Shown here: positions 30,616-40,093 of the stretch, piece by piece | Layout: every line of letters starts with the position of its first letter | Numbering within the stretch: position 1 is the stretch's first letter | From: a virus | IMG/VR virus record: IMGVR_UViG_3300031957_001682 | Location: 1 to 64,000 of that record | Length of the DNA stretch: 64,000 nucleotides | Direction: 5' to 3' (one strand) | The notes under the pieces: model-generated | What the model saw: the letters and a program-made list of their open reading frames with translations, nothing else | Databases searched by the model: none | What the model was told of the DNA's origin: nothing | Position numbers and translations under genes: made by a program

Positions 30616-31809
30616 TCAAAGAATCCTGTCAATTGGTAGGAATTGAATATCGAATGAATAGATTGGCTCGCCGCCCATTTGTACAAATGTGGCTTTTGTG
30701 ACGGCTCCTTTGATGAATGAAAATTCGTATGAATCATTTGTGTCTTCAATGACAGTTGAAGCGGCTTTAGCGGCAGTTGCTTCTTTTTCCGATGGTTTTA
30801 CCAACCTACCAGTGGGCATGAAGAAATTCATTGCTTTGTATTTTTCTCCATCTGCATTTACAGTTGAATTAAATGGAATTTGTATGCCTCCTATGTACAT
30901 ACCGTGTTTTGCCTTTGCATCAAATCCAAAATTACCCACATGTGTTCTTTTGTTTTTACCATAAGTAAAGCCTATTCCGTTGGTAAATCGAAATCCACCA
31001 TCGTTAGAATTGTTAAGCACAGCGTACAATTCAGCCACTTTATCACCAGCACTCTTGCCCGTGAATCCAGCAGAATCATCAACACCGTTTTTGAAATTCT
31101 TAATTGAAGGGGTGTACAACGATGAACTGTTCCAAGAAACAGGAGTGTTTCCATTTGCACCTGTCACTTTTTGTTCAATTTTGACAAGTGTGTTTGCTTC
31201 GTCACTCAATGTTGATTGTTCAAGAGTAGCAGTAAATCTGTTGCTTAACAATACATTATCTGCTGTAGCGGTACTGTTGATAAGGTTGACTAAGTTTGTA
31301 GCAATTTCAACAGCAGTATTCATATCCGAATTATCATGAATTGACACATGGTATTTACCACTACTGGCTGTATTGTGGGCTTGAGCAGTTGAAGATTTGA
31401 TAAAAAGAATTTCGTACTCTTCTCCATCTGTTGCTTTTAAAGTAAGTTTTGGAATAAGAAAACTACCAAAATCATTGTGTGTTAAAGTAGCCGCTAATGA
31501 GGTAAGGTCACCACCTGCTCCGGTGCCAACCAATGAGAAATCCGTATTATTTCTTCTTGAAAAATCAATGCTGGCCGAAGCCTTTTGTCCAAGCGACACA
31601 CCAGTTGAAAGGTCATCATCGACAATATATCCCTTCAACAAAATAACCGCCTTTGGTCTGTTCAAATCAATCGCAAAACGCTCCGCTCCGCCTCTTAATC
31701 CAGTACGAGCGTTCACACCACGGTCCACATCGAGTACCAGTTCGGTCACATCGAGTGGGATTAACTCACCGTCTTTACGAACTAAACGGACAGGAACATT
31801 TGTCACCAT
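30616..31809 (-). CDS. putative distal tail/baseplate protein
   Basis: Directly follows the tape-measure-like gene; 397 aa, beta-rich. Confidence 0.5.
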   Translation of the reverse strand: MVTNVPVRLVRKDGELIPLDVTELVLDVDRGVNARTGLRGGAERFAIDLNRPKAVILLKGYIVDDDLSTGVSLGQKASASIDFSRRNNTDFSLVGTGAGGDLTSLAATLTHNDFGSFLIPKLTLKATDGEEYEILFIKSSTAQAHNTASSGKYHVSIHDNSDMNTAVEIATNLVNLINSTATADNVLLSNRFTATLEQSTLSDEANTLVKIEQKVTGANGNTPVSWNSSSLYTPSIKNFKNGVDDSAGFTGKSAGDKVAELYAVLNNSNDGGFRFTNGIGFTYGKNKRTHVGNFGFDAKAKHGMYIGGIQIPFNSTVNADGEKYKAMNFFMPTGRLVKPSEKEATAAKAASTVIEDTNDSYEFSFIKGAVTKATFVQMGGEPIYSFDIQFLPIDRIL

Positions 31810-32843
31810 CAGTATCGCCCTCGCATGGTTGAGCCACCGATACTGCGAGCAAGTTCTTGTTGAATCATATTACCAATCTCCCTTGCTAATGCTCGCTTGT
31901 CTGTGCGGTCTGTAATACCTCCGGCATTGACGGTGATGTTGTATGTACCACCACCCATACCAGCCCCACCGGGGTTGTTGCGTTGGCTTAGGGGAACAAC
32001 CGCCTCCGGCCCATCCTCACCAATCATGGCGAGCGTAGGCTTGTTGACGATACCACCCTTAGCAAGTGCTGGAATACTCCAAGAAGTTAAATCAAAACCT
32101 ACAGTCATGGGGTCAAGACCCGGTAAATCAATTGTTTTACTGAAATTGATTGATGCAAACATAGAATTGATTAAGGAAATAATACCGTTAATACCCGCTT
32201 TCATTCCTTCTATGAGGAAGTCACCGATACCAAGAAATGCACCCCCAATATCCTCAACAAGCCCTGTCCAAAAATCGAGTGTAAAAAGTTCGGGGATGGA
32301 GGGTAAAGAGTCCCAAATGTTGCTTATTTTGGTGCTAAAGAAATCATAGATACCTTGTACTTTTAGTATGGCTTCGTCTTTCAAACCACCAAAAAAATCT
32401 TTGATAATCTGCAATTTTGTCTTAACAGGTGTAATAAAATTGTTGTTAATGTAAGCCTTGATTAGTGTCCACTTCTCAATAACACTTTCTTTGAATCCAG
32501 TAAACCATTCTTTTAGTGTACCCCATTTTTCTTTAATCGGGTCAACGACATTATCACTGATAAAATCCTTGATACCCTGCCATTTTTCTTGTATGGGGGT
32601 GACAACATTATCATTGATGAAGTCCTTGATACCCTGCCATTTTTCAATAACGGTTTCTTTAAATCCAGTCCACCATTCTTTGATTTCGCCAAGTTTTTCT
32701 TTAAGTGGTTTGATAAATTTGTCACTTACAAATTGCTTAAGGGCGGTCCACATTTTCATTGCTGTTTGTCCTATGGCTGTAAAGGCTGGCCCAATGGCAT
32801 TGACCATCGTTGACATAGAAGCGAGGGTCGCTACGAGTGTCAT
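31809..32843 (-). CDS. short tape-measure-like protein
   Basis: 11/22-residue W/F periodic amphipathic repeats; C-terminal LAKGGIV..PTLAMIGEDGPEAVVPL typical of tape measure C-termini; follows tail chaperones. Confidence 0.8.
   Translation of the reverse strand: MTLVATLASMSTMVNAIGPAFTAIGQTAMKMWTALKQFVSDKFIKPLKEKLGEIKEWWTGFKETVIEKWQGIKDFINDNVVTPIQEKWQGIKDFISDNVVDPIKEKWGTLKEWFTGFKESVIEKWTLIKAYINNNFITPVKTKLQIIKDFFGGLKDEAILKVQGIYDFFSTKISNIWDSLPSIPELFTLDFWTGLVEDIGGAFLGIGDFLIEGMKAGINGIISLINSMFASINFSKTIDLPGLDPMTVGFDLTSWSIPALAKGGIVNKPTLAMIGEDGPEAVVPLSQRNNPGGAGMGGGTYNITVNAGGITDRTDKRALAREIGNMIQQELARSIGGSTMRGRY
32533..32664 (-). repeat. 66-nt imperfect tandem repeat (EKWQGIKDFI.DNVV.PI) in tape measure
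   Basis: TCCTTGATACCCTGCCATTTTTC occurs twice, 66 nt apart. Confidence 0.8.
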
Positions 32844-33124
32844 TCAGTACCCTCCCAATCTAAAAACGAGTAATCCAAACTTACCATTTCCCTGTCACCC
32901 GCCTTCGCCTGTTGTTTGCTATGTTCGGTTTTCTTTTTGTCTTCTTCGGTTGCAACCATCGCCCATACGAGTGATTGCTTGAATAAGTGAGGTGGCATTG
33001 AGTACACTTCAAGCAAAGAAATTGAGTAGTGTTTAGCGATGGTATAAGCCCAAAGTTCAACTTGAGATGTTAAATCACTTTCACTGTCAATTTTATCTTT
33101 GCTTAGAAACTTTTGCACCCTCAC
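32840..33124 (-). CDS. tail assembly chaperone, gpT-like part (probably reached by -1 frameshift)
   Basis: In the -1 frame relative to the upstream ORF; IAKHYSISLLEVYSMP resembles gpT-like domains; directly before tape measure. Confidence 0.6.
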   Translation of the reverse strand: MRVQKFLSKDKIDSESDLTSQVELWAYTIAKHYSISLLEVYSMPPHLFKQSLVWAMVATEEDKKKTEHSKQQAKAGDREMVSLDYSFLDWEGTE

Positions 33125-33495
33125 TTTGTCGGCTTCGTAAACCCCCCTTGCAAAGCCTCCGCCATGTCGTTAGGTTGCGGTAGCACTTTCGAGAGTTGCT
33201 CACCGACATAGCCCTTGAGTGACAGCATTTCTTCTGTAGTCAAGGATGGATTGGTTTTAGTGACCCAATGGGTAAATGCAAATTGCCAGTAGCCTTTCAA
33301 GTTCAATGCTACATCCCCGTTTGCTACGAGGAACATTTCTTGAGCGGCGGCTTGAATGTCAAGGAAAGAGATTTCACGAACCCAAACTTCGATGATTGCA
33401 CTTTCGTCATCGGGGTCAACCCGAATCTTGTGCTTGGTCACATCGTCATTCTTCAATAATAGGCTCTTGTTCATCACTACTTGTTGTTTGGTCAT
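33121..33495 (-). CDS. tail assembly chaperone, gpG-like
   Basis: Between tail tube and tape measure; ends shortly after a G6-TTT run. Confidence 0.6.
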   Translation of the reverse strand: MTKQQVVMNKSLLLKNDDVTKHKIRVDPDDESAIIEVWVREISFLDIQAAAQEMFLVANGDVALNLKGYWQFAFTHWVTKTNPSLTTEEMLSLKGYVGEQLSKVLPQPNDMAEALQGGFTKPTK

Positions 33496-33934
33496 CTATT
33501 GCACTTCCATTGGCTACAGCCACCTCTTCGGTGGGGGCATCCGGCGTTTCTTCGGGGGCTACCTCTTCGGTAGGGCCGTCAGTCACACCCTCGTCGTTTT
33601 GCTTAAGTCGGAGAACTATCTCGGCTTTTGTACCGTAAACGGGCAAGCCTCGTTCTTTGCATAGTTCTCGCAGTTCAGCGACGGTTAGGGAATCGTATTG
33701 TACTTCATCAACGATGAAAGGGGATGGTGCGTCTTCTTGCACCAGTGGATTGATTTCTTCTTCAACGGGTTTACTATTGAGGTTAAACAAGTTGATAGCG
33801 ATAGCGGCGTGAATGGTGTGGTTTGAAGCACAGTCGATGTCTGTTTCCACTATGTCAAGACCGTTTGCCTTAATCACCCACTTGGCATATCCAACTGGTC
33901 CGAGGCGGCGGTATTGTTGTAGTGATTGCTTCAT
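33446..33934 (-). CDS. SAP-domain protein with acidic tail
   Basis: YDSLTVAELRELCKERGLPVYGTKAEIVLRL is a canonical SAP motif; GAGGTGA SD. Confidence 0.85.
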   Translation of the reverse strand: MKQSLQQYRRLGPVGYAKWVIKANGLDIVETDIDCASNHTIHAAIAINLFNLNSKPVEEEINPLVQEDAPSPFIVDEVQYDSLTVAELRELCKERGLPVYGTKAEIVLRLKQNDEGVTDGPTEEVAPEETPDAPTEEVAVANGSAIDDQTTSSDEQEPIIEE

Positions 33935-33943
33935 ATTTTCACC

Positions 33944-36124
33944 TCAATACTTTGCGATAGTATCACGAGCCAAGACTTTGATAGCCTTTGGCATAATTTT
34001 CAGTGTGGATTTTACCACACCTTTGTCTTCGGGAATTTGAAGTGGTGCTTCAATAATGTAGTAATCATCAATCAAAAGCACCATTTTTTCGGTGTGTGCG
34101 TCTGCTGTACTACCCATTTTATTCTTTTCAAAAATGATACGAATTTGATTGGTTGTTGAGTTGTTTTCACCGTGTACACTGAACTCCGTTCCTGTACGCA
34201 TTTTGTGGTAAAACAACGGGTCATCCACTGCAATTTCCATTGTCATTTCATACGAAGTTTGACCTTCAACCATGAGGTTTGCGTTTCTCGCACCAGCAAA
34301 TGGTACTTGGTCCGTTGATGCTGATGCTGATTGATACTGTCCATTGATGGTATGGAATGCTTGCATACCTGTTTGTCCGGTTAATGAGAAGTTCATCACT
34401 TGAGCAACCTGTTGTCCAGCCAAAGTAATGCTACCGTTGTAAAACATAAACGGTTTCTGCGTTCCCTTACCAATACCCGATTCAAGACGCTTTGCTTCAG
34501 TGCTGGCAGTATCATCAAACATGCGATGTGCGCCATATCTTGTCAACGGTGTGGCTTCTAAACGACCAGTATCGGTGTAGCAAAGAGCCGCATTGAAGTT
34601 GACTGAAAGGCGTAGTGCCGCATCGTTGTCAGTTGTCATGGTAAAGTCAGTGACCTTACAGCCACGGAACACACGAGTCAATTCCTTTGAGTCATTAACT
34701 CCACCATCGGTACTACCAGCATTTGAGTCAATATCTCGGCGGCGTTGTGATACTTCAAGAGCAAATGATGGTTGGGTGGTGCGAGAGAAAAGAAGATGTG
34801 AAACAGAATCAGTAATGGTATTATCAGTGCCAACTGCTACAGGGTTTGTATCAGCATCACCGATAATTCGTACTTCAACTACTCTTCCCGAATCGTGAGC
34901 ATATTTCAAGGGTTCATCCAAGTACACAACATGGTCGCCTGTGTTCTCCGAAACTCCGATTACTCTTCGGATTTCATTTGTTTGCGCTAAATCAAAATCA
35001 AAGTCAGTAAGTGTTCCATCCCATTCAGCCGAGCCTGTTTCCGGCTCATGGTCGCTTACAATAGGAACTTCTGTAGGGTCTTGAATTTCAATGTAAGTGC
35101 CTACAGCAACTTGAGCATCGTGAGCGTTGAGAACAATGTGTGATTGACCAGCAAAAGAAGCCGAGCCAAGAGAAAGTGTCACATCACTGGCAAGTGAAGT
35201 TTGAAGTTTGCTTAACAATTCATGTCCAAGACAGTATTTGAGCCAGCGAGCAGAATGCATAGCGACTTCAAATGAGCCACCTTCGTTGGTAAGTTTGCCG
35301 GGAACTTGCACGCTTACATCACGACCAAGCCCTACAACATGGAACCGCTTCAAGTCCACCTTAGTTTCGGGTAGGGTGAGGGCCGTAGCAATACCCAAGA
35401 ACTGGTCTGTTTTGACTGATTCAGTACCCGGTAAGGCTACTGTGGCTTGAGTCATTGCTATATCCATTGGTGGTGTTTTGTAAGGTAAAATTTCTAACAC
35501 ATTGCCCGCTCCCATAGTGACCATATCATCTGTTATCATTGCGGGTGTAATTTGTAAAGAACAACCGTTATTTTCAACAATGGTAAAAATACGCCCATTG
35601 CTTGCTAAGTCACCCGAATCAACATCATCAGCCCCGCTTCCACCCGAAGTGGTCCAAATAAGTTGAGAGCCAACAAGCATATTTTTTGGGTACTTTAAAT
35701 TAGTTGCTGAAAAAGTTAATGTTTGGTTGCTATTTGTAGCAGTAGTAGCAACTGAAACAGTAATTACAGTAGCACTGTTAATTTTTGTCACTATGCTATT
35801 TGAACCAATACCTGTTCCGGTCACTACCATACCCACTCTTACAAGAGCAGTTGAGTCCATAGTGATGTGTTTTACACTGGATGTAGTACCGTCGCTTAAA
35901 CCGGATGTATGGTTGGTATCGCATGTATTATCGGTAAATGTAATTGCCTCTTGAAAAAGAGTAGTGTTTACTTCTGCTTTAAATGCCAAAGTGGTGATAT
36001 TATTACTCGATACTACAGTTAGCCCCACATCGGAGTTTGCATCCGTACCAATTCTTATTCGCATACCCGCTTCCGGTGCAAATGATACTTCTGCTAAATC
36101 GCCCTTGTACACTGTGCTTGGCAT
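33944..36124 (-). CDS. major tail tube protein with inserted accessory domains
   Basis: PSFALEV, FRGCKVTDFTM, PFMFYNGSI segments resemble tail tube proteins; position after neck genes; contains a beta module at 35711-35938. Confidence 0.7.
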   Translation of the reverse strand: MPSTVYKGDLAEVSFAPEAGMRIRIGTDANSDVGLTVVSSNNITTLAFKAEVNTTLFQEAITFTDNTCDTNHTSGLSDGTTSSVKHITMDSTALVRVGMVVTGTGIGSNSIVTKINSATVITVSVATTATNSNQTLTFSATNLKYPKNMLVGSQLIWTTSGGSGADDVDSGDLASNGRIFTIVENNGCSLQITPAMITDDMVTMGAGNVLEILPYKTPPMDIAMTQATVALPGTESVKTDQFLGIATALTLPETKVDLKRFHVVGLGRDVSVQVPGKLTNEGGSFEVAMHSARWLKYCLGHELLSKLQTSLASDVTLSLGSASFAGQSHIVLNAHDAQVAVGTYIEIQDPTEVPIVSDHEPETGSAEWDGTLTDFDFDLAQTNEIRRVIGVSENTGDHVVYLDEPLKYAHDSGRVVEVRIIGDADTNPVAVGTDNTITDSVSHLLFSRTTQPSFALEVSQRRRDIDSNAGSTDGGVNDSKELTRVFRGCKVTDFTMTTDNDAALRLSVNFNAALCYTDTGRLEATPLTRYGAHRMFDDTASTEAKRLESGIGKGTQKPFMFYNGSITLAGQQVAQVMNFSLTGQTGMQAFHTINGQYQSASASTDQVPFAGARNANLMVEGQTSYEMTMEIAVDDPLFYHKMRTGTEFSVHGENNSTTNQIRIIFEKNKMGSTADAHTEKMVLLIDDYYIIEAPLQIPEDKGVVKSTLKIMPKAIKVLARDTIAKY

Positions 36125-36134
36125 GTTAATCAAC

Positions 36135-36587
36135 TCATGGTATTGCTTCTGCGAGTATTACTACTTCAACTTGGAATGTCATACGGAATAATTGCTTGCT
36201 ACGGTCGGAAAGGTCGGTGCGGGTCTTGAAAACTAAGCGGTCAAAACTTACCCCATCCCCCTTTCTTTTCGAGTGAATCAGCCTTCGCACTTCGTTCTCA
36301 AGTGCTTGCAGATGCTTCCTCCCCTTAACAGTTCGCATATCAACCGTGATATTTATACGAGAAGTGACGAAATCATAGAACAATTCCGGTGCTTCTTCGT
36401 TGTGTGCGGTTTCATAGCACATGATATAATCATGGCGTTGTAAATCAATACGCTTTCCTCTTTCCGGCGATGTGGAAGCAATATCAATTACTATAGGGCG
36501 TATATTGCTGGTATTTCCCCGATTCCAGTCAGTTTGAAACAGGTTGATGATAACATCAAGTGATTCAGTCCAAGTTGCAACCATCAA
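36135..36587 (-). CDS. putative tail terminator/completion protein
   Basis: 150 aa directly upstream of tail tube; INITVDMRT...EVRRLI pattern. Confidence 0.5.
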   Translation of the reverse strand: MMVATWTESLDVIINLFQTDWNRGNTSNIRPIVIDIASTSPERGKRIDLQRHDYIMCYETAHNEEAPELFYDFVTSRINITVDMRTVKGRKHLQALENEVRRLIHSKRKGDGVSFDRLVFKTRTDLSDRSKQLFRMTFQVEVVILAEAIP

Positions 36588-36955
36588 ATACCACCACTTA
36601 TTTTGTCGCTAAGTTCTTTGAAGTTTAAAGGAATAATAAAACCATCTTTGAATTGCAAATTGTGTTCCACCATCTTCGGATTCTGCCGTAGCATAGCATC
36701 ATCGGTGGCTTTGAAGAGTTTTTCCATCTCTTCATCAGTGGCTTGTTTTTTACTTGAAGTGTTAAAATATGCACCATCTTTTTGTTGTAAACCTTGAGCA
36801 GTAGCCTCAATATCCATCATTCGCTCACGAAAATCTTTGGGTTCTTGAGTGAACTCTTCACGCATTTGCTTTTGCAATTGCTTGTCTTTAATGTACATTT
36901 CAGTAATTCCAGTATGAAAGTAATTACCTTGTTCTGTGAACTCTCGGACACTCAC
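36584..36955 (-). CDS. hypothetical protein (neck region)
   Basis: 123-aa ORF overlapping both neighbours by 4 nt. Confidence 0.6.
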   Translation of the reverse strand: MSVREFTEQGNYFHTGITEMYIKDKQLQKQMREEFTQEPKDFRERMMDIEATAQGLQQKDGAYFNTSSKKQATDEEMEKLFKATDDAMLRQNPKMVEHNLQFKDGFIIPLNFKELSDKISGGI

Positions 36956-38514
36956 TCAAACACCACCATTTCGACATACTTTGGTAGGGTTCGGTCGATT
37001 TCGGCTTGATACAACTGCACCTTGCTCGCAAGGTCAATGTTCTGTGTACCTTCGGGAATAAGCACCGAGCGGTCGTCAGCCATCAATAATTCAATGGCAA
37101 CCATCTTGGTACATACATCTTCAATGGCTTTCTCAAGGTATCTTTCACCGTAGATATAACTGGTTTTGATAGCGTTCCATTCAAAGAACGGGTAGGAGTT
37201 GTTGAAGTAAACAATCCCCATTTCGTGGTCAAGCCACCAATCACGGAGTCGGCCACTGTCACCACTGCTTGAGCCGCCTTGTAGGTCAACCAAGAGTGAT
37301 TGTTGGGTGATAGCCCCTGTAATTGCTCCTAAACTACCGGTGACAGCCACGCATCCTGTGAAGGAGGTAGCCGTCTTGCCTGTGTATCGGAACACATCAC
37401 CACTGGCATCAATAGCAACACCAGCGTTTACGAATCCTTCTGTTGATGCTACATTGATAGTTGTACTGTCAAGGCTTGTGAATGTAGTGCTGTTGGTCTG
37501 TGTTTGGTCAATAGCAATAGTTGATGAATTGGTGACCATACTACACACCTCACCAGCCTTTACACCCCTCATGCTGGTGACTTTGACCACACCTGTACCG
37601 TAATCAGCGTTGGCAGTAGCCAAAAACTCATTATGAATAGCGATATTTGATGTAGAGCCTTCAAGTGTAAATGTTGGTGAAAACTCAACAGCCGCTTTGC
37701 TTACACGGTCTTCCTTGTTTATGAGGTCAGCAAAGTTTTGCGCTACCGTAGCGGCATCAAAGTCGTCACGCCACTGGCCTGTACCAGTGCCTTGAGCAAG
37801 AGTAGCAACACTTCCATTACCGGGTGAAAAGTACACTGCGGCTGAACTAAGCGAAGACACATCCTCAAACTTTACACGGGCTTCTGCCGCACCAATTTCA
37901 CGATAGTCAGCACCTTGCCATAGTTCAAGGCGAAGAATTTGCTGTACATTCCTAAAAAGAAGGGGTGCAGTACCGACATAATCCGTATAGTATCGTCGTC
38001 GGTATGGCTTGTAGGTATCGAAATTAATGTACTCGGCTGATACCAAATAAGGTCGCCAAGCGTTGCGAGTAAGATTGTCGATGCGGTCTTGCATCTTAAG
38101 AATAACATGGTCCACTTTGGCCTTCGTCATTCCACGAGTGCGGCCATCGGTAAACGATGCTTGGTTTTGCACATAGGTGTTGTCAGCCACTTGATAATCA
38201 GCCGCCGTAATACTACCACTAAAAGCCAGTTTTACACCGCTGGCTGAACTGGTGATAGCAGTAATGACTTTTTCAAAACCCATAGGGTCTGCATCGGAGT
38301 AAATTAAAAGTGTGTCACCAACACTGTAGCCGTTGTTTCGATAGTCGCCACCAGTGATAAAAACACCATCAGTAGCACTGTCGGCACTTACGAGGACAGC
38401 CTCGCTTGGTCCAATATCGAGTAGGTCAGCGACTTTTTGGGCGGTGGTGTACACTACAGCAGACGGGTCAAGTGGGCGGGTTTCCGCCTCACCGGGACTG
38501 AACACTACTGGCAT
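36952..38514 (-). CDS. putative head-tail adaptor with inserted beta domains
   Basis: YTTAQKVADLL, RIDNLTRNAW, YIYG...IEDVCTKMVA resemble gp6/gp15-like connectors. Confidence 0.6.
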   Translation of the reverse strand: MPVVFSPGEAETRPLDPSAVVYTTAQKVADLLDIGPSEAVLVSADSATDGVFITGGDYRNNGYSVGDTLLIYSDADPMGFEKVITAITSSASGVKLAFSGSITAADYQVADNTYVQNQASFTDGRTRGMTKAKVDHVILKMQDRIDNLTRNAWRPYLVSAEYINFDTYKPYRRRYYTDYVGTAPLLFRNVQQILRLELWQGADYREIGAAEARVKFEDVSSLSSAAVYFSPGNGSVATLAQGTGTGQWRDDFDAATVAQNFADLINKEDRVSKAAVEFSPTFTLEGSTSNIAIHNEFLATANADYGTGVVKVTSMRGVKAGEVCSMVTNSSTIAIDQTQTNSTTFTSLDSTTINVASTEGFVNAGVAIDASGDVFRYTGKTATSFTGCVAVTGSLGAITGAITQQSLLVDLQGGSSSGDSGRLRDWWLDHEMGIVYFNNSYPFFEWNAIKTSYIYGERYLEKAIEDVCTKMVAIELLMADDRSVLIPEGTQNIDLASKVQLYQAEIDRTLPKYVEMVVFE

Positions 38515-38531
38515 ACATTACCCTCCCTCAT

Positions 38532-39368
38532 TCAATAGCCTAAATCCTGTGAATAGTCGGGGTTATTACGAGCATTTTCCGTCATTTCTTCGAGAGAATT
38601 AAACCCACCAGTTGGGAACATTTCTGCCGGGAAACGAAGTCTTGGTGGTTGGCCTTCGCTTTGTATCATCATTTGTGCTGGACAGTTCGCATTCATACAA
38701 ACCATTTTTCCTTCACCGGGGTGAACTTCTTCCAACTTTCCTTGACAAACTTTACAATTTGAAGCAACAACATTATGCCTCGCTCGCACTTCTTCGGGAA
38801 TCTCCACACCCGCTACCGAAGGATAGCCAAATTTCAAAATATCCCAAGCATCACGCATAGGAACTTGGCGAGAGGTCATGATGCGGCGCATGTGTTCAGC
38901 CTCGGCATCGGGGTTGAACTCTTCTTCGGGCGGCATACCATCACGGAGTTTACCTTCACTGTCAAACAAATTAGGCATTCGTTTTTTATCAGCATCTATG
39001 TCTTCTTGGCTTTCATTAGGCGTTGTACCTTCTTTCATAGCCTGTTCTAATTCTTCTTGTCTTAGTGCGAAGTCTGCCTCCGCTTCACCGCTATAATCGG
39101 GTTCACTCAACGAACTTTCCAAGTTTTGCCCCTCAAAGGGTACTCTTTCGTTCATGAACTTGAGTCCGTGTTCCTCCGGGTTCGCTACAGCGTCGTACAT
39201 GAGTTTGTCACGGGCTTGAGTAAACTGTTCACCTGCGGCATCACCACCAGCACCACGAAGTTCGTTAGCGACTTTTTTGTTTGCCCACCGTTGAAGGCGA
39301 ACTTCTTCACCATCTGCGGTAAGCACCTTTTGTCGGTGGGGTTGCATTGCTTTAATCAAAATCTTCAT
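38532..39368 (-). CDS. hypothetical protein with internal AW..LK tag and C-terminal Zn ribbon
   Basis: MKILIKA start; PMRDAWDILK followed by CKVC...CMNANC. Confidence 0.7.
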   Translation of the reverse strand: MKILIKAMQPHRQKVLTADGEEVRLQRWANKKVANELRGAGGDAAGEQFTQARDKLMYDAVANPEEHGLKFMNERVPFEGQNLESSLSEPDYSGEAEADFALRQEELEQAMKEGTTPNESQEDIDADKKRMPNLFDSEGKLRDGMPPEEEFNPDAEAEHMRRIMTSRQVPMRDAWDILKFGYPSVAGVEIPEEVRARHNVVASNCKVCQGKLEEVHPGEGKMVCMNANCPAQMMIQSEGQPPRLRFPAEMFPTGGFNSLEEMTENARNNPDYSQDLGY

Positions 39369-39573
39369 AGTATCACATCAGTATTGTGGTTCAAAACCGG
39401 GTTGTTGCATCGCCGCCCTACAATGAGGACATGCGTTATGGGCGTTGCGGCCCATACCTGCGGGTGCATCAAAATGACCGCCGCAATTCTTACATTCAAA
39501 ACCGACTATTTCATCTTCACGGGCTTTCAAAACTTTCCATGCCTCATTCATTGCATTCTTCATAGTATCACAT
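39362..39573. repeat. 17-bp direct repeats (39362-39378 and 39557-39573) flanking one small gene
   Basis: TCTTCATAGTATCACAT present twice, exact. Confidence 0.9.
39378..39563 (-). CDS. AW..LK-tagged Zn-ribbon microprotein
   Basis: MKNAMNEAWKVLKA then CKNC...CPHC. Confidence 0.75.
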   Translation of the reverse strand: MKNAMNEAWKVLKAREDEIVGFECKNCGGHFDAPAGMGRNAHNACPHCRAAMQQPGFEPQY

Positions 39574-39867
39574 TCTGTTCTTTTCGTCACGACTTGCTAA
39601 GTTGTATTCCATTGGTTTGTCACAACTACCACAAGTGGCTCTCCACATAAAATGAAGGAAGCCACAGTGTGTACAGCGTGTACCCGAACCTATGTTCAGC
39701 ACATCACCGATATTACGATTACGGTTGCGTTGTGAAGATGTAATACCCTTGAGGGGGTTTTGCTCGTCAGTCACAGCGGCAATGCTGTACTCACTATCGT
39801 TCTTGACACCTTGCTTACTCGACCGCACCATGTCGCTAAGGTCGAGAGTTCTTGCATCAAATCCCAT
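39568..39867 (-). CDS. Zn-finger protein
   Basis: CTHCG...CGSC; GAGGTGA SD. Confidence 0.75.
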   Translation of the reverse strand: MGFDARTLDLSDMVRSSKQGVKNDSEYSIAAVTDEQNPLKGITSSQRNRNRNIGDVLNIGSGTRCTHCGFLHFMWRATCGSCDKPMEYNLASRDEKNRM

Positions 39868-39878
39868 ACCTACTCACC

Positions 39879-40082
39879 TCAAGCGAGTTGGTATGTCACC
39901 ATGACAAAGATATTTCCCAATACAGGGAATACTTCGGTATCAATCACAGAACTCGTACTGCTTGAATCAGCAACCGCTTGAATGAGGTCTTCAACTGCCG
40001 CCGCCCATGTAGCCGCCGCATTTACCTCTTTAGGCGAGAAAGGGCCGAAGCACTTTACGCCAATCTTGGTTAGTGATGCCAT
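39879..40082 (-). CDS. small hypothetical (putative virion) protein
   Basis: GAGGTGA SD, fills operon. Confidence 0.65.
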   Translation of the reverse strand: MASLTKIGVKCFGPFSPKEVNAAATWAAAVEDLIQAVADSSSTSSVIDTEVFPVLGNIFVMVTYQLA

Positions 40083-40093
40083 CGTTAGTCACC

